A stretch of DNA of 64,000 bases from Candidatus Poribacteria bacterium (GCA_965218095.1 OZ244587.1:5088001-5152000); one strand, 5' to 3'; numbered from the stretch's first letter, positions 10,296 to 20,729 are shown. Translations and numbers: made by a program. The notes: generated by a model not told the origin, from the sequence alone.

Positions 10296-10332
10296 CATAT
10301 TTGAGAAGTTTATCAGGGAATGCTTTGTATAA
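10295..10332 (+). repeat. Second, diverged copy of the transposase 3' end
   Basis: 33/38 identical to 8530-8567; reads IFEKFIRECFV* vs IFKKFIRECFV*. Confidence 0.8.
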
Positions 10333-10354
10333 GCACCCCCTGAGTGCCTAAGCA

Positions 10355-10528
10355 TTATTGCTTAGGAAATGTGACAGGTGACAATGAAGCGGCACCTTGT
10401 CCCATTCCCGGCTTATGCCGGTTTGCAATACGCTGAAACGTTGCAGCGTGTTGCTTTTCAGCTTTAGTGGGATAAAGCAACTGTCTTACCATTGCTTTAA
10501 CACCATCGTTGCTGTTTGAACAACGCAT
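10355..10528 (-). CDS. Small 57-aa ORF (MRCSNSNDGV...), not in the ORF track
   Basis: Strong AGGAGGTGA RBS; stop lies in hairpin CCTAAGCA-TTAT-TGCTTAGG. Confidence 0.45.
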   Translation of the reverse strand: MRCSNSNDGVKAMVRQLLYPTKAEKQHAATFQRIANRHKPGMGQGAASLSPVTFPKQ

Positions 10529-10562
10529 GAGGACTCACCTCCTTTCTGTGTTGTGACGTGAG

Positions 10563-10592
10563 AGGGTGTCCGGTGGTTAGACCGGGCACCCT
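10563..10592. terminator. GC-rich hairpin between small passenger ORFs
   Basis: AGGGTGTCCGGT...ACCGGGCACCCT. Confidence 0.5.
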
Positions 10593-10599
10593 ACTTCTT

Positions 10600-10803
10600 T
10601 TACTTGTTAGATTTTGTTCTAAAATGATTGATAATTCCATACCCAATCAACCAGATTACCAAAAACATACCAGAAGCAACAAGGTAAAGTGGCCATACAG
10701 GCATATTCACGATTGCCCCAATTAACCATGTAACAACTACAATTGATCGCATCCATGGTTTGTTATAGAACAGAAGCAGGATTGAAGCGGCTAAGAATAT
10801 CAT
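10600..10803 (-). CDS. Small hydrophobic 67-aa membrane protein (IS passenger)
   Basis: AAGGA RBS before MIFLAASILL; 2-3 TM segments and a basic tail. Confidence 0.55.
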   Translation of the reverse strand: MIFLAASILLLFYNKPWMRSIVVVTWLIGAIVNMPVWPLYLVASGMFLVIWLIGYGIINHFRTKSNK

Positions 10804-11011
10804 CTTGGGGTGTTCCTTTCTGTAGTGAGTGAAAGTTAAAACAAGCCTAAAGTTTATAACCGCGTAATGGTATATCTCTCTTCGATGAAAAGGGACAGAC
10901 AGGGGTTGCCTTATATACTTATGGAAGAAATGGTATGTATATCTGCGATAAAACAGGAGAGGCGATATGGGATGCGCCTTGATGAATGGCTTACTGTACT
11001 TGATATAGGAG

Positions 11012-11203
11012 GTGATTATCATAGCAACTCAAGAACTTACTCAAGAAGAAAGAGAAGAGAAACATCAAGAATTAGTCGAGATAGCGGAGGCTTCTAAACT
11101 CGTCCTCAAGCGAACTCGCCAATTCCTTGATGGCATCAATCCGCATATCAGAAGTTTTGGCGAGTTCATTCATCCCCCCATTGATAAGGGCATGTCCGTC
11201 TAA
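11012..11203 (+). CDS. Small helical hypothetical protein
   Basis: AGGAGG nearby and protein-like composition; overlaps the convergent TPR ORF. Confidence 0.35.
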   Translation: MIIIATQELTQEEREEKHQELVEIAEASKLVLKRTRQFLDGINPHIRSFGEFIHPPIDKGMSV

Positions 11204-11413
11204 TACTTGCTTATAGCCCCACGCAATCATAGCAATTCCCTTGTTATAGGTTGCTAATGGATGCTGTGGATCAAAGCGGAGTGCCGCGTCAAAATCGGCA
11301 ATACCTTCTTTATAGTCGTGTTTATGGCATTTGTCAACGCCATTATTGGTAATGAGATTTGCATTTGTCCTGGCAGTATTAACGCGCTTGTAGTCGGGCA
11401 GTTGGTAGTTCAT
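11072..11413 (-). CDS. Short TPR-repeat protein (IS passenger)
   Basis: AGGAGG RBS; TPR consensus NNGVDK...DYKEGIADFDAALRFDPQHPLATYNKG. Confidence 0.65.
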   Translation of the reverse strand: MNYQLPDYKRVNTARTNANLITNNGVDKCHKHDYKEGIADFDAALRFDPQHPLATYNKGIAMIAWGYKQVLDGHALINGGMNELAKTSDMRIDAIKELASSLEDEFRSLRYLD

Positions 11414-11602
11414 AATAATCCTCCTTTGGTGAGGGTTGAAATTAAAGTCTGCTACTATTAATAATTAGCGGACTGTACACCCTTAATATATCATACAAAA
11501 AGGCGAATTGTCAAGCCTTAATCTATTAAATGCGTTTGTAAAATAAGGTCAGACAGTGTTCAAAACTCCAAACAGTGAGACTCCTAGAATCTTCCATCAC
11601 AG

Positions 11603-11633
11603 GTTGCTCTGAATCCTCGACGCTTCGTCGGGA
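11603..11633. repeat. Small dispersed repeat (copy 2, diverged)
   Basis: GTTGCTCTGAATCCTCGACGCTTCGTCGGGA. Confidence 0.55.
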
Positions 11634-11677
11634 TGCAATCAGGGAAGGATTCCGGGAATCTCAGGGAATACCGCACC

Positions 11678-12556
11678 ATGAAACTGACAAAGGAACAGAT
11701 CGAGCAGTTCGATACCGAAGGCTGGGTGCTGCTGCCTGACCAGTTCAGTCAGGAAGAAATTGACGTCCTCAACGATGAACTGCCGAAGATTTTCGCGATG
11801 CGTCGCGAGGAGGTCTGGCGCGAAAAGGACGGACAAGCGGTTCGCACCGCCTTCGCCGTACATACCTACAACGAGGCGTTCTCCTGCCTGGGACGCCATC
11901 CGCGCCTAATCGAGCCGGTCATGCAACTCCTCGGCGGACCGGTGTACATGCACCAGTACAAGATTAACGGGAAGGCCGCCTTCAGCGGCGACGTCTGGCA
12001 GTGGCACCAGGACTACGGCACCTGGGCACGCGACGACCGGATGCCACAACCGCGGGCGATGAACATCGCGCTGTTCATTGACGAGGTAACCGAGTTCAAC
12101 GGTCCCCTCTATCTCATCCCACGCAGCCACAAGCAGGGCGTGATAGAGGCAGGCCATGACACGTTGACCACGTCCTATCCGCTGTGGACACTCGACAAGG
12201 AAACGGTAAGCCGTTTGGCAAACGAAGGCGGCATCGTCGCGCCCAAGGGCAAGCCGGGCGCCGTGCTGCTGTTCCACTCCAACATGGTGCACGCATCGGC
12301 GCCCAACATCAGCCCATGGGGCCGGGTGATTGTATATCTGAGCCTCTGTCATGTGGACAACCACATCCAAAAGTTCAAGCGCCCGGAGTGGATCGCCCAC
12401 CGCAACTTCACGCCGATTGAGCCGCTGGATGACGATTGTCTGCTGGAACTCGCCCAGGCGAATAGACGAATGGGCGCAGTACTACTAGAGTCAGGTAGAA
12501 AATCCAGTTGTGATACGGCTTCAGAGGCTATGATCAAGGAGGTAAACAATGAGTAA
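11678..12556 (+). CDS. Phytanoyl-CoA dioxygenase family Fe(II)/2-OG hydroxylase (ectoine/proline hydroxylase-like)
   Basis: QYKINGK, WHQD (HxD) and VHASAPN distal His. Confidence 0.88.
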   Translation: MKLTKEQIEQFDTEGWVLLPDQFSQEEIDVLNDELPKIFAMRREEVWREKDGQAVRTAFAVHTYNEAFSCLGRHPRLIEPVMQLLGGPVYMHQYKINGKAAFSGDVWQWHQDYGTWARDDRMPQPRAMNIALFIDEVTEFNGPLYLIPRSHKQGVIEAGHDTLTTSYPLWTLDKETVSRLANEGGIVAPKGKPGAVLLFHSNMVHASAPNISPWGRVIVYLSLCHVDNHIQKFKRPEWIAHRNFTPIEPLDDDCLLELAQANRRMGAVLLESGRKSSCDTASEAMIKEVNNE

Positions 12557-13559
12557 GGTCAAATATGCCGTCATCGGCTTGGGGTGGTTTGGTGAAAAGC
12601 ATTGTGAGGTGCTGGCTGGCCTCCCAAACGTGGAACTGTATGCACTCTGCACAAGAACAGAGTCAAGACTTAAACAACTCGCCGACGGATTCGATGTGAA
12701 GCACGCATACACAGACTACAACGAACTTCTAGCGAATCCGGAGGTCTCTGCCGTTAGCATCACGACCATGTGGGACCAGCACACGGCGCCGACGCTGGCT
12801 GCTCTCAAAGCCGGTAAACATGTCTTCTTGGAGAAACCCATGGCCTCGACGATTGTTGACTGCCAGTCCATCGTAGAGGCAGCCAACGCATCGAATAAGT
12901 TTTTCATGGTAGGCCACATTTGCCGTTTCAATCCCCGTTATGCAGCAGCAAAACAAGAAATCGAGGCGGGAAACATCGGCAAAATCGTGTCGATCTATGC
13001 TAGGCGAAATATTCCCGCGGCCGTTGGTAAGCAGGTCCTGGGTAAGATTGGACCGATTATTGGCGATGGGGTGCACGACACGGATCTCATGCTATGGTAC
13101 ACTGACGCTAAGATTGAGACGGCTTACGCTCAAACCGTCAGCGTGCGCGGTTTGAAATACCCGGACATCGGCTGGACCATGTATCGCTTCGATTCGGGTG
13201 CGGTTGGTGTCTGCGAGAACGTGTGGTTCTTGCCGGATAAGACGGCGTTTCAGATAGATGAGCGTATGGAAATCATCGGTACTGAAGGCGCGATCCACAT
13301 CCACGAGACCCACCCCAATTTCTCCGTCGTCGACGAAAACGGTTGGCGTTCGCCGGACACGACCTATTGGCCTGAATTACATGGTGTACGGGCTGGCGCT
13401 TTGCGTACCGAACTCGATTACTTTGTTACATGCATCTCCGCAGGCAAGCCACCAACGGTGATCCGTTCTGAAGAATCCATGGCGGCTGTACAAGCTTGTC
13501 TTGCCGCTGAAGCGTCCGCTGCAACAGGCGAGATTGTACGGGTCGAGGACATGCGCTAG
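12549..13559 (+). CDS. Gfo/Idh/MocA family oxidoreductase
   Basis: GLGWFG, KHVFLEKPM, DGVHDTD. Confidence 0.92.
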   Translation: MSKVKYAVIGLGWFGEKHCEVLAGLPNVELYALCTRTESRLKQLADGFDVKHAYTDYNELLANPEVSAVSITTMWDQHTAPTLAALKAGKHVFLEKPMASTIVDCQSIVEAANASNKFFMVGHICRFNPRYAAAKQEIEAGNIGKIVSIYARRNIPAAVGKQVLGKIGPIIGDGVHDTDLMLWYTDAKIETAYAQTVSVRGLKYPDIGWTMYRFDSGAVGVCENVWFLPDKTAFQIDERMEIIGTEGAIHIHETHPNFSVVDENGWRSPDTTYWPELHGVRAGALRTELDYFVTCISAGKPPTVIRSEESMAAVQACLAAEASAATGEIVRVEDMR

Positions 13560-13623
13560 CACCTTTCGGAGAGAACGTAAGATGGTAAGAATACCCTGAA
13601 CCACCCCGGAAGGAGCTAAAAAC

Positions 13624-13971
13624 ATGCGAGAGTTTGATCACATGGGTCTTCCTACGGATGACAGACAACCTGACGAAATGTACGTTCCAGATACAAAGGT
13701 GTGGGTGACTGATCCGTTAGCGCACCCTTACAAAGTTGAATACTTGCGCTATGAACCTGACAGTCTGGTGACAGGGCCCGTACGAGATCTACCACACATC
13801 GCTTTTCGGGTTGATGATCTTGATAAAGTGATTGAGGGGGAGGAAGTCTTGCTGGGCCCCTTCTTTCCTACAGATACGCTGCGTGTGGTCTTTATTTTGA
13901 AAGACGGTGCGGTTTATGAGTTTATGGAGAGTTCAGAGTCTGGCCACTGGTTCCGGGGCAGAGATAATTAA
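13624..13971 (+). CDS. Conserved hypothetical protein, VOC/glyoxalase-like
   Basis: FDHMG, PHIAFRVDDLD; AGGAG RBS. Confidence 0.7.
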   Translation: MREFDHMGLPTDDRQPDEMYVPDTKVWVTDPLAHPYKVEYLRYEPDSLVTGPVRDLPHIAFRVDDLDKVIEGEEVLLGPFFPTDTLRVVFILKDGAVYEFMESSESGHWFRGRDN

Positions 13972-14082
13972 ACGCTTGGTGTGAATTCGTTCTAGGTGTG
14001 AATTCGTTCTAATTGATAACGGATCAAAATCAAGGTTTTCGTCCACACTGATAATATGAATCGAATTCCTTAACGGGAGTTT

Positions 14083-15669
14083 TTGTTCTATTGCGACCCG
14101 GACGCCAAAATCAGATGCAGAGACTTTTCAAACACCCCCTCAGAACAAGTAAGGAGCAAGACATTGACAGCAGAAGGGTTCAGAACGGTATACGCCGATA
14201 CCGGCATCTATCCTGCGGTGACCTATTTGTTCATCGATGACCTGTTCATCTCGCGAATGGAGAATCTGCAGCGGTCTCCATGTCAGCCAACTAAAATAGA
14301 TGGACCAATTCTTCAAGCCAAAGAACCCTGGGAAGGCAATCACATCCATCTTTCCAATGGCTTTATGTATGACTCCGACGAGAATGTGTTCAAGCTGTGG
14401 TATGGCACCGACGACCCGCAGCACAATAAAGAGAAATACCCTGACCTGAACGCGACTGCCCAGATTGCTTACGCTGTCTCGTCCGACGGTCTGTGCTGGG
14501 AACGTCCTGATCTTGGCGTCAACCAATGGAACGGAAGCAAAAAGAACAATCTGATTTGTGTGCCACCATCCGCGGGTGATGGTATGACTCACAACATCAT
14601 TAAAGACACGCAAACGCAAGACCCAGACAAAAGATATGTCGCCCTGGGGGTGGAACGCCGCCCTCGCCAAGCTGACGACCCCCAGCAGATATGGAGCCAC
14701 CTGAACGAATCATTGCCCCTGATCTGTGGAATATCGCTGGGGTATTCTGCTGATGGTGTCCGATGGCGCCGGGAGGCTGGTCCGCCGCTGATGCCTATCC
14801 TGCTTATGCTCGATCAGGTTGTGCTTCATGGCTGGGACAAACAGCGTTGTAAATGGATGCTGTTTATTCGGGCGCGTTCGGAAACAGATGTTCCCACGGT
14901 TGGTTGGACCAAGTATCGAACGCTCGGGGTCAGTTTTACGGACGATCTTAAGGAGATCCCCTATCCGCAACTGGTCTTGGTGCCTGATGAGGTGGATCCG
15001 CCTTCTGTGCAGTTTGATCGCGTTTCTACCATCGAGGTCCCTGGCGGCTACGTGGGCCTGCTTGTGGTTTTAAAGGGTTCATCACAGCAAGGCTACCCAA
15101 TGGAGGTACAGCTCGCTTTCAGCCGCGACGGATATCTGTGGGATCGGCCAGCAGGACGGAAGACTTACTTTCCTATAGGCGAGCCGGGTCAATGGGACGA
15201 CCGTCGTATAATCCCCGCCAGGATGGCGTGTGTGGACGATACGATCTATATTTCCTATCGCGGGGATTGTGTGGGGAGCGATGCACGCCCCGCGACCAGC
15301 GCGATCGGCATGGCAACCTTGAAGAGGGATCGCTGGGCTGCCATTGAGCCGGTTGCAGACTCGGGCTTGCTGCACACCCGAGCGACCTATTTTGCCCAGA
15401 ATTTCCTGAAGGTGAACGCAGACGCCAGCAAGGGCAGCCTTCGCGCCGAGCTTCTCGACGCCCTGGGCAATCCCGTCGAAGGATTCTCCGTAGCGGAGTC
15501 GGATCCGTTTTGTGGGGATTGCTTAGCCCACGCGATGACCTGGAAGGGCATATCCGACTTGACTGAGTTGGTCGGCACTGCAACCCACCAGGGCCGGCCA
15601 AATCCAGGCCGGATCATGAAGGTGCGATTTTATCTGGAACGGAGCAAGCTTTTTAGCTTTTCGTGTTAG
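14083..15669 (+). CDS. Five-bladed beta-propeller glycoside hydrolase-like protein (GH32/43/130 clan-like)
   Basis: Asp-box repeats SSDGLCWERP, SADGVRW, SRDGYLW; C-terminal LKVNADA...LRAELLD domain; start uncertain. Confidence 0.7.
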   Translation: MFYCDPDAKIRCRDFSNTPSEQVRSKTLTAEGFRTVYADTGIYPAVTYLFIDDLFISRMENLQRSPCQPTKIDGPILQAKEPWEGNHIHLSNGFMYDSDENVFKLWYGTDDPQHNKEKYPDLNATAQIAYAVSSDGLCWERPDLGVNQWNGSKKNNLICVPPSAGDGMTHNIIKDTQTQDPDKRYVALGVERRPRQADDPQQIWSHLNESLPLICGISLGYSADGVRWRREAGPPLMPILLMLDQVVLHGWDKQRCKWMLFIRARSETDVPTVGWTKYRTLGVSFTDDLKEIPYPQLVLVPDEVDPPSVQFDRVSTIEVPGGYVGLLVVLKGSSQQGYPMEVQLAFSRDGYLWDRPAGRKTYFPIGEPGQWDDRRIIPARMACVDDTIYISYRGDCVGSDARPATSAIGMATLKRDRWAAIEPVADSGLLHTRATYFAQNFLKVNADASKGSLRAELLDALGNPVEGFSVAESDPFCGDCLAHAMTWKGISDLTELVGTATHQGRPNPGRIMKVRFYLERSKLFSFSC

Positions 15670-16214
15670 TTGTACGGCAAGGCGAAATTGTTACATGAGG
15701 AAATGATAGCTGTTTGATAAGCGCCGAAAGCGGCGGGTCGTATACAACGAGGACGCTGATCAACAGTACAAGAACGCGGAATCGAACCACAATCTTTTTG
15801 CGTAATTCAGCGCGACACGTCACTTTTAGCTGATTGAAAAACGAACACCGGGGATTTTTTTGTTGCGTCACAGTATCGTTTTGGGGTACAAAGTACGACA
15901 AGTCCTTAGGGAAATCAGGTTTTTGTACGAAGGCAGAGACGGTGCCGATTTGACGGTTTCATCAAGTCACCGCGTCCTTTTTTGCACGTTTCGTTACCGC
16001 TATTGGTCACCAGACCGTGCCGAAATCAACAATCCTGTCGTGGTGCGGGTTCGTCATTGAGATGAATTACGAAAATTTGTTGAGGGTATCAATTTACACC
16101 GATCTGATCGCTACCTGGCTGGTTGGTTGGCAACGGCTCAGGTCCCGAGGCCGTGTGGGACGCACGCCGGGGCCCGGCCGGATGGGCAAGCCACAAATGA
16201 CGAGGAGGCTGGGG

Positions 16215-17991
16215 GTGAGCGAGTTTAGAAACGATTACTTCACGGACCGATGGCTCAGCGGTGAGTCGACCTATTTGACCGACCTGGACCGCTGCCAGCC
16301 GTCGGCGGCGCTGACCCGCGATGCCCGGCGCGGGCAGTGGCGGATGCTCGACTATGAGACCGACACGTTGGCGGGTGTAATGTTGCTGGCGGGACCGGAG
16401 ACCGCCGCACCGGAGATTCGTTACCCGCTGCGTACCGCCGGCTGGCGTGCCATCTCGATTGGCTTCTACACGCAGCCTGGCGTCAGTTTACGGCTGCTGG
16501 TGAAACTTAGTGGCGAGGGGGCGTTCTGCAATCTGGTGATGCCCCAGCTTGAGGCAGACTGGACCACCCACTCAGCGGAAGCGGAGCAGATCCGCGAGAT
16601 CTTCTGGAAAGTCGCTGATCTCACCGGCCAGGAGCTCGTACTGGGCCAGGTGTCTTGGCAGGCGAGCGCCGGGGATGCGCCCGGCTCGGTGGTGGGCCTG
16701 GATGCCGCCATCGCCTATGTGAAGCTGACGCCGTTGAACGAGGCCGAGCGGACAGCGCATCGGGCCGACCAGCACGGCAGCGATACGCGTCATCTGTTCG
16801 CGCACAACGATGCACACGGACTGCACTGGATGTACCGTCTGACCGACGCCGACGGCATCCGGCGAGAGTTGGAGCCCTACCGTGACACCAAATTTCGCGC
16901 GGATCTACTGGGAAGCCGGCGCGGGCGATGTGATGAACTACCCTACCCAGATCGGCGAGATCCCCACCAGCGACAGCGCCGAGGATTTTGGGCGTCAGGG
17001 CAACCGGATGGTTGCGGAGAGCTGGCGCATTTTCCGCGAGAAAAGCATTGACCCGTTAGGGGTCGCGATCGAGTATGCGCATGGGTTCGGCTTGGAGCTG
17101 CACGCCAGCTACCGGGTGGCCGGATTCATGACCCCACCGCCACTGCCGGATTGGCATCAAAAGACATCCTTCTACCACCGGCATCCGGAGTTGCGTGGCG
17201 TGGATCGGGGCGGTGATTGGACGCCGCAGATCGCCTACACGTACCCGGAGACTCGCGAGTTCGTGCTATCGTTGCTGCGGGAAATTGCTGCGTACCCGGT
17301 GGATGGCATCTGCATCTTCTACAACCGGCGGCTGCCGCTGGTGGAGTACGAGCCCCCGCTGGTTGAGGGGTTCAAGGCGGAGTATGGCGTAGATGCGCGG
17401 GAGATCGACGCAAATGATCCGCGCTGGTTGGCCTTCCGGGCGCGGATCTTGACGGGCTTCATGTGTGACGTGTGCCGCACGATGGATGAGACAACCCAGG
17501 AACAAGGTCGCACCAAGCGGATCCAGGTCTCGGCAATCGTAATGGGCATCGAGGCGGAGAACCTCTTCAACGGAATCGACGCCAAGACATGGGTGAACGA
17601 GGACCTGGTCGACACCCTGATTCCCTACTCGTCGCATCCGAAGCGGGGCAGCAACTGTGAATCATGGACTGAGCAGCGCGATGTGGACTACTGGGTATCG
17701 CTGACGAAGGGGATGCCGTGCCTGCTGGCGCTGAACATCATGCCGCGGAACTTGAGTGCCGAGGGCTACCGGCGCCGAGCGGCGGCGCTGTACGATGCAG
17801 AGGTAGAGCACTTTTACTTCTGGGACACGGGCCCGTTCCATCCCGGATCCTGGGAGGCCCTGCGGCGGCTGGGTCATCTCGAGGAGATAAAGGCGTAGAT
17901 CGAGTCTGGCCAGCCAAGTCTTACACCGCCCAGCATGGTGGTGCGCAAGCTGGACAAGTGGCGGTTCGACGTTTATGGGACGGGGGAATAG
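16215..17991 (+). pseudogene. GHL10/DUF187-like TIM-barrel glycoside hydrolase, disrupted
   Basis: +1 frameshift near 16890 (repair gives DTNFARIYW) and in-frame TAG at 17896 followed by 30 more plausible codons; motifs AHGFGLELHASYR and YPVDGI. Confidence 0.72.
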
Positions 17992-18051
17992 GGCTTAGGG
18001 GTAGCGGAACCATATTCTGTTACCCCTAATAGACTTCTAGGAGGAGAGGCA

Positions 18052-20715
18052 ATGTTCAATCTAAGGAAGGTAGGGATCGCCCTTGCCGCATGCGCTGTGC
18101 CCCTTGCCGGTGTGAAGGCCGACGGTTCGTGGCGAGACCCGGTTCATCGTATCAGTCTTGACAACGATGCACTGCACGCCGAGTTTCAATCTGGAATCTT
18201 GTTCCGGGTGGCCGATAAGAAGTCAGGTAGTGCCTTGATGTCGATGGATCCGGCGCGATTGAAGTCAATCGTACCGATCTTTGCCACGACCGGAATCAAT
18301 CTTGATGAGTGCGCCAGGTCTCAGCAAACAACCGCTGATTCCGTGGTCAGCCGGTTTCGAGCGCCGGATGGGACGCGGTGGGAACTGCACTGGTCGATTG
18401 AACCCGGTGACGGTGACCTTGTCTTGCACACATCAGTTCGCGCTACGGCGCCGATCGCCCAGTTTCGGCTGATCCTACCCGGGTTGGACATTACCGGGCA
18501 CAAGATCGTGCTGATCAACGGCACGGGCTCAGGCATAGAACGGACAGCGCCCTGGAGCGAAACGTTGGGCGGTTCGGTGCCAGTCGTGCTGTTTGAGGGA
18601 AAAGAATCCGGCTGGTTTGTCGAAGCACGGGAATTGGACGCCGGCACCGCCTCTGTGTCGGCGGTGGGCCATGGCGGAATGGTGGATGTGACGATGGTGC
18701 GGGCGTACCCGGCCATCACGCGCGCACCCGGACCTGTTGAAATACGTTTGCGCCGTTATGACACTAACTGGCCGGATGCAGTGGATCCCTACCTAGCGTG
18801 GATGGCCGAAGAAGCGAGGTATGTTCCGATTGAGGCGAAGCAGCCTTCCTGGGTAAAACAGATTCGTGCGCAGGCATATCTCTATCCCTGGGAGTTCGAG
18901 GGACTCGAACTGCTCGCCAAGCGGGTGGATCCCTCCAAGACGCTGCTCGGCCGCGTCACAGACTTCAACCGACTGCCTTTTCCCTTCTATGAACCTTCGG
19001 AGACTTCCAAGCAATGGTTCAAACGCGCCCGCGAGCTTGGATTCCACGTTGGCGCCCATGTAAACACCACCGGTGTTGTTCCTGACAATCGGGAACTGGT
19101 CGCCCGCTTTCATCGGGGCTTCTTGGAAATCTGGACTGACGCGGACGGCAAGGAGAAATGGGAGACAGCGCCTCCCCATGCCGGACGGGTGATGGCCAAG
19201 ACACCCGACGGTGACAAGATCGTTTCAGGCGTCGGCGCCCACGCCTACTGTTCGCCGGCGTTGAAGGATTTCCGTGATTTCTTCGTTGAGCAGTTGCGGC
19301 CGCTGGTGGACGCGGGGGTGGATCTGATCTACCTTGATGAGTGTGGCGGCACCGGCCGGGCTTTTATTGATGGGATGACATCCACGCAAGGGGTCATGCT
19401 CATGATGAAGCAGATCGCCGAGGCGTACCCGCATGTCGCACTTATGACCGAGCAGTTCAATCCCGTCATCTGCAAGTATGCGAGTTTTGCCCTCACAACG
19501 TTGGATCCTGGCCATCCGCTGAGCGGTTATATCTTCAGCCGCTTCATTAAGGTTGTCCCGGAATGGTCATACTACGAGCCGACGAACGAGAAGCAGATGG
19601 ATGAGCACCAGGCCTGGGGATTCATGGTTCCGGGCGCAAGCTGGAATGCTTCCTGGCTGCAAATCGCCAAAGCTTTCACAACCTACAACTTTGTGCCCGA
19701 CGCACGTATGCCGCTTGGGCCCGACCAACTCTTCGGCTATATGGGTTCCGGCGGGGTGAAGGCTTACTACGAAAAGCAGGACAAGAAGCGGGGACTCGTG
19801 GTTTACGAAGCGGGGAAGGATCCCACGTGGCACGGCACCCGGGCGACCGGCATCACCTCCTGGCCGGGGCCCGGCGCGTTGGAAGACTGGCCGTTGTACG
19901 ACGGCAACACGTTAATCTCTCTCAATCCCAAGCACACCTACGGATTCGATGAAAACGTGACGCTGCGGCCGGATCGTTTTCACGTGACGTCGGTGCCTTC
20001 TGACTTCGTGCTCTACGCCAGCGAAAAGCAGCGCAAGCGCACGATTCCCATCGAAGTGGGTCGGGACGGGGCGTACTTCAGGATCACCTTTACGGGCAAT
20101 GGTGAACTGGAAATGAACGTCCCCGATGAGTGGATCGTGTGTCTGGACGATTCGGTGGTGGCAGTTGACCCGAAAACGCGAAGAGCAATCGCCTGGATTG
20201 CAGCGCCGAAAGATCAGCCTAGCGTGTTGCTCGCCTTTGTCAAATCGGATCGGGAACTGGCGGGGGAGGCGACCTCGCTGCCGTGGCAGATTCCGACGAA
20301 GCAGCAGATGAACCACTACACCCAATGCTACACGGAAAACACTCACTATGCCCACAGGAGCGAATACGCCGGCATTCTTATTGGCCGTGTGCCGCGGGCA
20401 TCGAAGGTCCTGTTGCAGACCGCGGGCGAGGGTGTGGTCCGCGTCAATGGCAAGCCGATTCTGCAACTGCCCGGCGGGGAGCGGTTGGAGGCGGATCTCA
20501 CACCCTACGCCGGACAACATGCGATCATCGAGTTTTCGGCCGATGGCGGGGGTTGGGCGGCGTACCGGCGCCCGGCGTTTTGGCAGTCGCTCTGGCCCGG
20601 TATCACGGCGGAAGAGAAAAAGGGGTTCGGGATTGGCTGTTTCATCGCGGAGAAAGATGGATTTGAATGGTGGCTGCAAGGCGGGTGGGCGCCGCGGATC
20701 ACGGTTGTGCGGTAA
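18052..20715 (+). CDS. Large secreted glycoside-hydrolase-like protein (TIM barrel, DUF6259-like)
   Basis: AGGAG RBS, signal peptide, ARELGFHVGAH and GVDLIYLDE motifs. Confidence 0.65.
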   Translation: MFNLRKVGIALAACAVPLAGVKADGSWRDPVHRISLDNDALHAEFQSGILFRVADKKSGSALMSMDPARLKSIVPIFATTGINLDECARSQQTTADSVVSRFRAPDGTRWELHWSIEPGDGDLVLHTSVRATAPIAQFRLILPGLDITGHKIVLINGTGSGIERTAPWSETLGGSVPVVLFEGKESGWFVEARELDAGTASVSAVGHGGMVDVTMVRAYPAITRAPGPVEIRLRRYDTNWPDAVDPYLAWMAEEARYVPIEAKQPSWVKQIRAQAYLYPWEFEGLELLAKRVDPSKTLLGRVTDFNRLPFPFYEPSETSKQWFKRARELGFHVGAHVNTTGVVPDNRELVARFHRGFLEIWTDADGKEKWETAPPHAGRVMAKTPDGDKIVSGVGAHAYCSPALKDFRDFFVEQLRPLVDAGVDLIYLDECGGTGRAFIDGMTSTQGVMLMMKQIAEAYPHVALMTEQFNPVICKYASFALTTLDPGHPLSGYIFSRFIKVVPEWSYYEPTNEKQMDEHQAWGFMVPGASWNASWLQIAKAFTTYNFVPDARMPLGPDQLFGYMGSGGVKAYYEKQDKKRGLVVYEAGKDPTWHGTRATGITSWPGPGALEDWPLYDGNTLISLNPKHTYGFDENVTLRPDRFHVTSVPSDFVLYASEKQRKRTIPIEVGRDGAYFRITFTGNGELEMNVPDEWIVCLDDSVVAVDPKTRRAIAWIAAPKDQPSVLLAFVKSDRELAGEATSLPWQIPTKQQMNHYTQCYTENTHYAHRSEYAGILIGRVPRASKVLLQTAGEGVVRVNGKPILQLPGGERLEADLTPYAGQHAIIEFSADGGGWAAYRRPAFWQSLWPGITAEEKKGFGIGCFIAEKDGFEWWLQGGWAPRITVVR

Positions 20716-20729
20716 GCGCCTGATATCGG

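Larger units (their letters stand above)
7600..11534 (+). mobile_element. IS1595-family transporter IS with passenger genes (3935 bp)
   Basis: 24-bp TIRs with 21/24 identity (CGCGCCTAATAGATTAAGGCTTGA vs CGCATTTAATAGATTAAGGCTTGA); perfect 9-bp TSD TTTGTAAAA at 7591-7599 and 11535-11543. Confidence 0.92.

Noticed and set aside
13978-14011. Perfect 17-bp tandem duplication (also an 18-bp one at 35957-35992)
   Set aside because: Two-copy intergenic slippage duplications with no further pattern.
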